Source: an uncultured Sphingobacteriales bacterium
GTDB taxonomy: Bacteria > Bacteroidota > Bacteroidia > Cytophagales > 172606-1
Assembly (NCBI GenBank): GCA_963844325.1
Contig: CAWJNV010000002.1
Coordinates: 3,897,824-3,961,823 of the forward strand
Length of the DNA stretch: 64,000 bases
Reading direction: 5' to 3'
The notes beneath the pieces are model-generated. The model saw nothing but the letters and a program-made list of their open reading frames with translations, did not search any database and had not been told where the DNA came from. Made by a program: the position numbers and the translations under genes. This document shows, piece after piece, positions 19,067 through 27,900 of the stretch. Every line of letters begins with the position of its first letter. Position 1 is the stretch's first letter.

Positions 19067-19903
19067 ATGAACCAAAAGACACGTCGTAGTTTTTTGAAGC
19101 GTACCGTCGGCTCGGCGGCGGCGCTGGCGGGAACGGCCGTGGGAACGACCATTGAGGCAACCGCCGGGACTTCGGCAGGGAAGGCGCCGGTGCGGCTGCG
19201 GTTTGCGGTGGCTTCCGACGGACACTACGGACAGCCGGACACCGATTACGCCGGCTTTTACGGCAACATCGTCGTCTGGCTCAACCAGGAGAACGAACTG
19301 AACGGACTCGACTTCTGCGTGTTCAACGGCGACATCATCCACGACGGGCCCGAATTTCTGCCGCAGGCCAAGGCGGCCCTGGACGGGCTGAAAGTGCCGT
19401 ACTACGTCACCCGCGGCAACCACGACCGGGTATCGGCCGAAACCTGGCAGCAGACCTGGGGCTACCCGCCCGACCACAGCTTCGCCCGGGGCGACTACGC
19501 CTTCCTGCTGGGCAACACTTCCAACGAAAAAGGGGAATACCTGTGCGCCGACGTACGCTGGCTGAAGGAGACGCTCGAAAAGTACCGCCGGAAAACCCAC
19601 GTGTTCGTGTTCCTGCACATCACCCAGCGCAAGTGGACCGGCGCCGGCACCGAATGCCCCGAGGTGATGCAAACCCTGGCGGCCTACCCCAACGTGGCGG
19701 CCGTCTTCCACGGCCACGACCACGACGAACACGGCATCAAGACGGCCGACGGCAAGTCATACGTGTTCGACGGACACTTCGGCGGCAACTGGGGCGTGCC
19801 CTACAAAGGCTACCGCATCGTGGAAGTACCCGCCACCGGCAAGGTCAAAACCTACCAGTACAACCCGGAGGTGAATCCCATCGTCAATCTGAGCCAATTG
19901 TAA
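19067..19903 (+). CDS. Tat-secreted metallophosphoesterase (calcineurin-like)
   Basis: MNQKTRRSFLK (Tat signal); ASDGHYG, NGDIIHDG, TRGNHD and FHGHDHDEHG are the metallophosphatase motifs. Confidence 0.8.
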   Translation: MNQKTRRSFLKRTVGSAAALAGTAVGTTIEATAGTSAGKAPVRLRFAVASDGHYGQPDTDYAGFYGNIVVWLNQENELNGLDFCVFNGDIIHDGPEFLPQAKAALDGLKVPYYVTRGNHDRVSAETWQQTWGYPPDHSFARGDYAFLLGNTSNEKGEYLCADVRWLKETLEKYRRKTHVFVFLHITQRKWTGAGTECPEVMQTLAAYPNVAAVFHGHDHDEHGIKTADGKSYVFDGHFGGNWGVPYKGYRIVEVPATGKVKTYQYNPEVNPIVNLSQL

Positions 19904-20124
19904 TGGTTGAATGGCTGCATGGCTGCATGGCTATATGGCTATATGGCTATATGGTTGTTGATCGGGAAGGAGTCGTGCGCCAGCCCAACCATACAGCCAT
20001 TCAACCATACAGCCATATAACCATGCAGCCATATAACCATACAGCCATATAACCATACAGCCATATAACCATACAGCCATATAACCATACAGCCATATAA
20101 CCATACAGCCATATAACCATACAA
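19904..20124. repeat. Large 8-bp-word palindrome (CCATNNNN family) with unique core, between convergent genes
   Basis: Left arm ggttgaatggctgcatggctgcatggctatatgg...; core ttgttgatcgggaaggagtcgtgcgccagcccaacc. The right arm has about 17 units of ccatacag/ccatataa. The arm generates spurious ORFs MIVWLYGCMV.... Confidence 0.8.
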
Positions 20125-20502
20125 TCATCTCCCGTGTTTTTTCTCGAAGTACGCGTAGGCTTCGTTGAGCTTCTGGGTGACGGCTTCGGCGAACTGCTTC
20201 TTTTGCGGCTCGTTGTGGAACCGGTCGGGGTGGTATTTCTTCATCATCGTTTTGTAGGCCCGCTTAATCTCTTCGAATGACGCATTGGCGGGGAGTTCGA
20301 GGGCGGCGTAGTAGCCCGCTTCGGGACCGGCGGGTGGAGGTGGGGTTGCCGGCGGGGGATTGGTCGGGCCCGACCTGGGTTGCCAATCGGCGTAATTTTG
20401 CGAACTTGTATCGAAGGCATCTGGCCCCTGCGGCGTGGGCAGGTCCGATGACAGTAAACTGGCCCGCACCAGGCGGCCGAAGCGGCGGAAGAGGGAAGAC
20501 AT
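20125..20502 (-). CDS. J-domain (DnaJ-like) protein
   Basis: C-terminal YYAALELPANASFEEIKRAYKTMMKKYHPDR is a J-domain with the HPD motif. The N-terminal region is proline-rich. Confidence 0.8.
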   Translation of the reverse strand: MSSLFRRFGRLVRASLLSSDLPTPQGPDAFDTSSQNYADWQPRSGPTNPPPATPPPPAGPEAGYYAALELPANASFEEIKRAYKTMMKKYHPDRFHNEPQKKQFAEAVTQKLNEAYAYFEKKHGR

Positions 20503-20569
20503 GGGTTACTGATTGGCGGTTTTTTACATATATTACGTTTTAATTCCAGTAACCCAAATTAGTAACCTT

Positions 20570-21238
20570 ATGGGATTTCTCAGCCGTTTCCTCGACGTAT
20601 TCCGATCAAATGTGAACAGTGCCCTCGACCGGGCTGAGGACCCGGAAAAGATGATCAAACTGATGGTGCTCGAAATGGAGGAATCCGTGGAGAAGGCCAA
20701 CCATGCGCTGGCTTCGGCCATGGGCACCGAAAAACGCCTCGAACGGCAGTACCAGGACATGGTAAAGGGCTCCGAGGACATGGAGAACAAGGCCCTTACG
20801 GCGCTGCGGGCCAACAATGAACACCTGGCCAAGGTGGCCCTGACCAAAAAGGGCCAGCTCGACACGCAGGCCACGCAGTACAAGCAAATGCACGAAAATG
20901 CCGTTGCCACCACCCGCCAGCTCAAGGAACAGATCGAACAACTGAAATCCAAACTACAGGACGCCCGCATGAAAGAAGCCACCCTCATTGCCCGGAGCAA
21001 AAACGCCAAGGCCCAGGCCGAAATGGCCAAACAACTGAGCGGCATGGGCAACCATTCCTTCGCCAAGTTCGACAAGTACGAGGAAAAAATCCTCAAGCTC
21101 GAAGCTGACGCCCAGGCCCTTACCGAACTCTCGTCGGCCGAATCCACCCGCGACGTGGATTACCAGTTCAAACAACTCGAACAAAACACCAAGGTGGACG
21201 ACGAACTGGCCCGTCTCAAGGCGCTGCTCAACAAGTAA
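20570..21238 (+). CDS. pspA: PspA/IM30-family protein
   Basis: MGFLSRFLDVFRSNVNSALDRAEDPEKMIKLMVLEMEESVEKA... is the canonical PspA/Vipp1 N-terminus. The coiled-coil continues through the ORF. Confidence 0.8.
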   Translation: MGFLSRFLDVFRSNVNSALDRAEDPEKMIKLMVLEMEESVEKANHALASAMGTEKRLERQYQDMVKGSEDMENKALTALRANNEHLAKVALTKKGQLDTQATQYKQMHENAVATTRQLKEQIEQLKSKLQDARMKEATLIARSKNAKAQAEMAKQLSGMGNHSFAKFDKYEEKILKLEADAQALTELSSAESTRDVDYQFKQLEQNTKVDDELARLKALLNK

Positions 21239-21325
21239 GGATCAGGATTCTCAGAATTAGAGGATGAACAGGATCAGATACCCACGTGGTGTTGTCGAGC
21301 AGTGATCCGGTAATGCCAGTCCCGC

Positions 21326-21410
21326 CACAAAGGCACGAAGACACCAGGGAACACGAAGGTTTGCCGGCCGCAGCCGCCTTTGTGTTCCCTGGTGTCTTCG
21401 TGTTTTTGTG
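21326..21410. terminator. Bidirectional Rho-independent terminator between pspA and the convergent dehydrogenase gene
   Basis: cacaaaggcacgaagacaccagggaacacgaagg / loop / cctttgtgttccctggtgtcttcgtg, followed by tttttg. The stem is about 26 bp with one mismatch. Confidence 0.65.
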
Positions 21411-21419
21411 ACGTATTCT

Positions 21420-23585
21420 CTACCTGACGAGTACTACCTTGCCGGTCAGTGGTTTGCCTTTTTGCCCAACGGTAACCGTGTAGGTTCCTCTTTTCAGGTT
21501 CCCCACGAACAAGTCCACCTGATTCATGCCCGCCGCAACGGACCGGGTCGTGCTCAGCGCACTCCGGCCCTGGGCGTCGGTGAGCTGGAGGGATACCTGT
21601 GCTGCTTCGGGAGCCGCGAAGCTTACCCGGACCCAGTCGGTGCCCGGGTTGGGATGCACGCGCAGGCTGCCCTCCGTAGCGGACGCTTCCCCGGCAGTTT
21701 CCGCAACCGCCCGTGCGCCGGTGCCGGCCCGGAACAAGGCAGTGGTTGGAATGGCTCTTTTCGCAATGCCCGGCCCGGCGTAACTTACGTTGAGTACCTC
21801 CCCTCCCGTCTTTTCGAAGAAGGTTACTGTCAGGGCGTGTTTGCCCGCGCGCAACCGGATGGTTCCGGCGCGTTCACGGGGGCCGTGCAGCCCGTCGTTG
21901 TTCACCACCAGGGTATTGCCGATGTAGAGCCTGGAGCCGTCGTCGGAGGAGGTATAAAAGGTGTACAGCCCATTGGCGGGTACTTGCACGTAGCCCGTGA
22001 ACCGGAAGGCGAAATTGTCGCTGCGGTTGCGGGGCGCCAGCGAGAAATTAGTTACGGTACCCGTTTTCAGAGGAGTCAGACCGGAGAAATCAGGTAAGAC
22101 ATTCCAGTTGCCTTCGTAGTAAGTGTAATTGAGCCCGCCTGCCGTACTGGCGGGGTTCTCCGGGGAACGCAGGTAGGATAACTTATAGATCGTATGGCTG
22201 TAGTCATCGGAAATGAGCATATCCCCCTGGTGATCGATTGCCACGTCAACCGGCCGGCCGAGTACGCTCTGGGTTGCCTCATTGAGAAAACCCTTTACCA
22301 GGTCAATCTGGCCGGTGGGCGTCTGCGTTGCGCTGTTCCAGGGGAAAAAAGCTACCTTGTACCCCGTTTTCTTCGTTCGGTTCCAGGAACCGTGCATCCC
22401 TACGGCCGCTCCGGCCCGGTACCCATTGGCAAAGGAAGTGCTCTGCAGGAAGGTCAGGCCCAGCGGGGCCGAATGGGCCTGGATGCCCCGGTTGATGCGC
22501 GTCATGCCGTTGCAATCTACCTGCCCATTGCGGTTGAATTCGTAGTCACGGTCAAAGGGCATGTTTACCAGGGTGTTGTCGGGGTTAGGGTTACAAAAGG
22601 GCCAGCCGTAATTCCCCCCATCCTGCACGTAGGTAAACTCCTCGGGCGGATGATTGTCGACGTAACTCTGCAGCACCTTGCCGTAGTCATTGGTGCCGTC
22701 TCCGTTGAAATCACGGTTGAAGGGGTAGGCGATATTGTCGCGGTTGTTTACCACTGCCCACAGCCGGTTCGTGCCCGGCACGAAGGCAAGCCCCTCCGCA
22801 TTGCGCAGGCCCTGGGCAAACAGGCGCCGGCCGGTGCCATCTGCATTGTATTGGTAGATGGCGGCGCGGATGGGATCACTCTGCGAATCGGCCGAGCAAG
22901 CATTGCAGGAAGAAGCAATGGAGACGTACAGTTTATGGTTGCCGTCGAGGGCGATGTTTTTTAACCGGTGGCGGAAAGTCCCGTTCAGTTCGGGCGTGCT
23001 GGCAACGGGCAGACCCGTCACTACAATCTGCCGGTGGTGGGCCGTCAGGTCGCCCGCATTGTACACGTAGCGGTTGATCTGGTGGCTTTCGGCAATGTAC
23101 ACGTAGGTGGTAGTGCCAATTTGGTGAAAAACGATATCGTGCGGAAAGGAGAGGCCCGTAGCAAAATCGGAGATCAGCGGAGCGCCGCCGCCGTTAGGCC
23201 GTACCAGGAGCACTTTGCCGGTAGTGGGTTGTGAGACGAGCAGGTCCCCGTTGGGCGCAATTGCCATAAAACGCGGCTGGTTCACGCGGGCATAGACCGA
23301 GATGGTAAAATCGGGCGGTACCGTCAGGTAACGGTCCACGTGGAAGGGAGTCCAACGCATACTGGCCGGTACCTGCACTTTCACGGATACGGAAGCCGCC
23401 GGCGGGCTTTGGGCGTAACCCGGCCCGGCCAACAGCACCCATACAAGAGATAGATACGGCAATAGACGCACCCAACGGTGCTCCCGGGGAAGGGGTGATA
23501 CGGAGGCAGGAGTGTCCATAACGGTAAAGATTTGGTGAGGAAAGGAAGCAGAGAGGGTTAAAAGCGTAACCAGCCGGATCACCAC
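21420..23585 (-). CDS. PQQ-dependent sugar (glucose/sorbosone-type) dehydrogenase with PA14 domain and T9SS C-terminal sorting domain
   Basis: 721 aa with a signal peptide. Beta-propeller blocks (NGDLLVSQPTTGKV, GRPVDVAIDHQGDMLISD) indicate the dehydrogenase. The PA14-like segment is GLYTFYTSSDDGSRLYIG. The C-terminus ...LRVHPNPGTDWVRVSF...GTYTVTV...KVVLVR indicates a T9SS CTD. Confidence 0.65.
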   Translation of the reverse strand: MVIRLVTLLTLSASFPHQIFTVMDTPASVSPLPREHRWVRLLPYLSLVWVLLAGPGYAQSPPAASVSVKVQVPASMRWTPFHVDRYLTVPPDFTISVYARVNQPRFMAIAPNGDLLVSQPTTGKVLLVRPNGGGAPLISDFATGLSFPHDIVFHQIGTTTYVYIAESHQINRYVYNAGDLTAHHRQIVVTGLPVASTPELNGTFRHRLKNIALDGNHKLYVSIASSCNACSADSQSDPIRAAIYQYNADGTGRRLFAQGLRNAEGLAFVPGTNRLWAVVNNRDNIAYPFNRDFNGDGTNDYGKVLQSYVDNHPPEEFTYVQDGGNYGWPFCNPNPDNTLVNMPFDRDYEFNRNGQVDCNGMTRINRGIQAHSAPLGLTFLQSTSFANGYRAGAAVGMHGSWNRTKKTGYKVAFFPWNSATQTPTGQIDLVKGFLNEATQSVLGRPVDVAIDHQGDMLISDDYSHTIYKLSYLRSPENPASTAGGLNYTYYEGNWNVLPDFSGLTPLKTGTVTNFSLAPRNRSDNFAFRFTGYVQVPANGLYTFYTSSDDGSRLYIGNTLVVNNDGLHGPRERAGTIRLRAGKHALTVTFFEKTGGEVLNVSYAGPGIAKRAIPTTALFRAGTGARAVAETAGEASATEGSLRVHPNPGTDWVRVSFAAPEAAQVSLQLTDAQGRSALSTTRSVAAGMNQVDLFVGNLKRGTYTVTVGQKGKPLTGKVVLVR

Positions 23586-24139
23586 CCTGGGTAGGTGCCC
23601 GGCACGGGTTCAGCGGCGTTACCGCCCTTTCCGGTCAATAAGGAAAAGCGGCCCTGACGGGAAGTACGAAAACACAGTTTGGCAAAAGGAGCTAACGTTG
23701 CCGTTAAGCACGGCCCTTATCACAAAAAGATGTTGAGCAGCAAGATCGTAGCCAGGAGGTATACCGCAATGACGGTGCGGAAGAGAGGTAAAGCAGACAT
23801 TCTGGAGGCTAGCCCAAAGCACGCTGGTCAGCCGTAAGCCTACCCGTGAATACGCGTATTCGAAATCAGAGAACCCAACTCAGTACTTACACTTGCTGGA
23901 GCACAAAAAAAACCTGGCTGAATGTGCACAGCTTTTAAGTATAAATCAATACCTACTTTTAGGTATTTTTCTACCCGACGTCTTCCTGATCACCCCGCTG
24001 GCCCGGTACGCCAGGCACCACGGGCTGCCCAGATGAACCCGGTACGCAGCCTGTGCAGCGGACAGCCCCGCGGTGAAGGCCGGCCGGGATTGCGGGGCTT
24101 GCCGGTCCTTTCGTATCTTCGGGCAAAATTTTGCCCCTT

Positions 24140-24763
24140 ATGGGAGACGTACTCCTGAAACACAAACGCCTGCTGCTGCTCCTTGCCCTGTTGCCCGTCC
24201 TGCTGCCCGCCCGTGCGCAGGCCGTTTCCTTCGGCATCAAATTTTCGGGCCTCGCCATTCACCCCCGTCCGCAGCCCGTAGCCGGCCAGTACGGCGGCCG
24301 CCTCGACCGCAAGGGTTACGCAGTGATCACCCAGGGCCTGGCCCTCACCCTCGACGTGAACGTGTACCGTAACGTGGGCCTCAAGTTCATCCAGGCGCTG
24401 GTGTGGCGCGACTGCGCCAACAAGTTCGCCATGCTCAGCCACGTGGGCGTCAACTTCTTCGGGGCGGGCACCACGCTGGGCAAGGGTCGGCACGGGTTCA
24501 GCTGGAGCCTGGGACCGGTACTCTACCGGCGGCAATCGTGGAAGGACGTGCCGGGCTACGTGCCCGACGACAGTTGGCTCAAAGCTCCCGCTGGCAGCCG
24601 GTGGGAAACCAAGCTGGTGCTGCTGGGCGGCCAGCTGGAGTACAACTACTATTTCCGCGAGAATTACGGCCTGTCGCTCAACGTGTTGCCGGGCTACCCC
24701 GACGTGATCAGCGTGTCGGGCGGGGTGGGCAGAAGATCAGGATTAACAAGATTAAAGGATTAA
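24140..24763 (+). CDS. Hypothetical secreted/outer-membrane protein (possible PagL-like acyl hydrolase barrel); 3' end runs into repeat
   Basis: MGDVLLKHKRLLLLLALLPVLLPARAQA is the signal. Beta-strand-like alternation follows. The last 9 codons and the stop lie inside the ggattaa-word palindrome. Confidence 0.4.
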   Translation: MGDVLLKHKRLLLLLALLPVLLPARAQAVSFGIKFSGLAIHPRPQPVAGQYGGRLDRKGYAVITQGLALTLDVNVYRNVGLKFIQALVWRDCANKFAMLSHVGVNFFGAGTTLGKGRHGFSWSLGPVLYRRQSWKDVPGYVPDDSWLKAPAGSRWETKLVLLGGQLEYNYYFRENYGLSLNVLPGYPDVISVSGGVGRRSGLTRLKD

Positions 24764-24968
24764 CCGGATGGATCGGGATTAATCGGATTAAAGGATTAGC
24801 AGGATTACGACGACCGAAATCCTCTTAATCTTTTAATCCGGTTAATCCCAATCCTAATCCGGTTAATCTCAATCCGGTTAATCCCGATCCTAATCCGGTT
24901 AATCTCAATCCTAATCCGGTTAATCCCGATCCATCCGGTTAATCCTTTAATCTTGTTAATCCTGATCC
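24735..24968. repeat. 8-bp-word palindrome (ttaatcnn / nngattaa) spanning the 3' ends of two convergent genes
   Basis: gatcaggattaacaagattaaaggattaa (24736-24765) is the reverse complement of ttaatcctttaatcttgttaatcctgatc (24941-24965). Between them lie about 20 tandem 8-bp units (ccggttaatcccaatcctaat...). Confidence 0.8.
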
Positions 24969-27900
24969 TGGCTTCCTGACCCCTTCGGCAATCACCTCGC
25001 GGATGGCGTTGAGTCCTTCGCCGAGGGTGGAGAGTTGGACCATGAGCTGGCCCATCTGGTCGCCGGAGGCGAGGCCCTTGAACTGCTGGTTTTTGCGGAA
25101 AGTCGTTTTGATCTCCGTCCAGCGGGCTTTTTCCTCCTCGGTCAGCAGGCCGTTCAGTTCCTTGAACTTGAGCAGGTTGGCTTCCGCGCCGGTGGTCAGC
25201 GTCTGGGCCTCGTTTTCGTAGTGCGAAAGGATCAGCGTGCGCAGTTCGGCCTCGTTCATGATGGCTACCACCTTGCCGGCAATCTTGTTCATGTTCCGGT
25301 ACGAACCCTGGAGCTTGAACGGCGGTTCGGTACGGAACTCATCGGCTTGAGCCGCCGAATGGATGTACTGGAGGTTGTTGCGCAGGATGAAGTCGCGCAC
25401 CACGAACAGCTTCTTGAGCACGGCCACGTATTCGTTCAGTTCTTCGGCCGCGTAGCCCGCGTCAAATTCCAGCCCGTCCTGGCTATCCGTTTCGGCCAGT
25501 TTGATCAACGTGTAAATGTCCTTCTGGCTCCTCGTGAGCAGCTTGTTGAGGGCCGGGTTGGCCGTGAGGCAGTTTTCGATGTAGCTGAGTTTAAAAATGC
25601 TTTCCGTGTCGCCGATGATGTCACCCAGGTTGTAGGTGTCGGCCCGGTTGGCCAGCATGTCGGGAATTTTGAACTTTTCGCCGCTCTCCGTGTAGGGGTT
25701 GCCGGCCATCACCACGCACACTTTCTTGCCGCGCAGGTCGTAGGTTTTGGGCTTGCCCTGGTAGACGCCCTCAATGCGGCGCTGTCCGTCGCAGAGGGAA
25801 ATGAATTTTTGCAGGAATTCCGGGTTGCAGTGCTGGATGTCGTCCACGTAGATCATCACGTTGTCGCCCATCTCGAAGGCCAGGTTCAGCTTGTTCATCT
25901 CCTCGCGGGCCCCGGCGTTGGGGGCTTCGGCGGGGTCGAGCGACGTAACCCGGTGCCCGATGGCCGGCCCGTTGATCTTCATGAAGATGAGGCCGAGCCG
26001 GTTGGCGACGTACTCCATGAGGGTGGTTTTGCCGTAGCCCGGCGGCGAAATGAGCAGCAGCATGCCCATCAGGTCGGTGCGTTTTTCGGCGCCCACCACC
26101 CCGATCTGCTTGGCGAGGTTGTCGCCGATGAGGGGCAGGTAGAGCTGGTCAATGAGCTTGTTGCGCACGAACGAGGTCAGCACGCGGGGCGTGAATTCCG
26201 CCAGGCGCATCTCCTTCCGCAGCCCTTCGGCCAGCGATTTTTTGCGTTCGTTGAATTGCAGGTAACGCGGTACGGTTTGCCCGGCAAAGCCGGAAAGCCT
26301 TGCCAGGAATGCGTTGAAGTGCAGCGCGTAGGCGTGGTCCCGGATGACCGGGTGCGTGCCGAGCAGGCCCGTCACGGTGCGGCGGGTAGTGGCCGGCACG
26401 ACGCGGCCGCCGTCGAAGCTGCCCAGAAAAAGCAGGGCGGCCGTTTCGTCCACGTAGTCGGCGGCGTCTTCGATCTTGGTGAGGCACTGGCCCACGAAAG
26501 CCTTTACCCAGTGGCGGGCCATGGCGAACCGTTCGGGCGGGGCGGCTTCCAGTTGGGCCAAAGACTGCCGGAAGGTGGTTTCGTGTCCCTGGGCGTGCAG
26601 CGACTCGTGGAAGGCTTCGTACAGCCCGGCGGCTTCGGCGCTGATGATGAACGCATCGCCGCGGGTCAGTTCTTCGAACAGGTAGTCGGCGGCCGGTCCG
26701 GCCAGCGCCGGGTCGAGCAGTTTGGTTTCGGCCACGAACGTTTCCAGTTCATGCCGGAGGTCGGCCAGCACGCTGCCGAAGTCGCGGGTGTGCGGGAATA
26801 CCTTGCGGATGACGCCGATGCCTTTGATCTGGTGGTGCAGCAGCGCCTTGCGGTCGGCGGGAACGAAGCTCTGCCAGTACAACGCGGCCAGGGCCCGGGC
26901 CGGGGCCGCAAAACGCAAGAGGTCGATCTGCCCGTCCAGGTCGAGCAGGGCTTTGAGGAGCAGGGCGGCGTCGTGGTCGTGCACGCCCTTGACGTAGCCT
27001 TCCACGTAACGCGGGGCCATGTAGGCCTGCACGTACGCCAGCAGGGCATCACCCGAAAGCCCGGCCAGTTGGGCCCTGGAGAGATTGTCGCCGGGAGCCG
27101 GTTTGTGGCCGGCCGGCAGGGACCCGGTGCCCGGCGCGGCGGTGGCCTGCCCGTAGATCTGGTAAGCCAGGTACTCGGCCCGGTACACGTCCCCGTTTTC
27201 AGAAACCAGTTCCTGGCCCCACAGGTCGCGGTTGGTGAGCAGGTCGGGGTGGGAGAGGGGTTCGTAGAAGTTGGTGCCGGTCAGGTGGTAATACATTTCC
27301 CCGTCGCGGGTAAGGATGGTCAGGTCCAGCGGCTGGGTGTTCACCGAAAAGGCGTGCTTGCCCAGGCGGATCACGTTCTGGCCGTCCACGAACAAGTCCT
27401 GGCGGTCTTTAAGCTGCCGCACGGCGTCTTCCCGAATGGTTTTGAGGCGGCTCTCGATCTCGTCGGCCTTCACGGGGTCTTCCATCGCCGTGAGCTGCGC
27501 CACGATGTCGCGCACCTTGCCGATCATCAGGTCGCCGGCGAAGTAGCCGTTGATCTCGTTGACGGTCTTGAAGCCGGCCACGCGGTTGGCGATGCCCTTC
27601 AGGATGCGGTCGGCGGCCGACAGCAGCGACTGGGCCCGTTTGTTGCGGGCGTCGGTGAGGACCTGCTTTTTGGCCTCGAAGGCGCTGTACGTCTCTTCGC
27701 GTTTGCCGGCCAGCAGCGTAATGAACTCGTCGAACTCGGCAAACCTGCCTTCCAGTTCTTCCAGTTGCACCATCAGCTTGGTCAGGTACTCGTCGCACCT
27801 GGCGGGGGTGTCGCACACGTCGAGGTAGTTGATGATGCCCTGGGCAATGAGCTTGAGCTGGGCGGCAAATTCGGCCTGGGCCTCCGTGCCGAGCAGGTCC

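Noticed and set aside
19904-20124. Possible CRISPR array (regular short repeats)
   Set aside because: The units are 8 bp with no unique spacers of 25-40 bp. The second half is the reverse complement of the first, and no cas genes are nearby.
19931-20128. Short ORFs encoding MIVWLYGCMVIWLYGYM...
   Set aside because: They are translations of the tandem 8-mer repeat arms, giving periodic low-complexity peptides. They lie in an intergenic palindrome.
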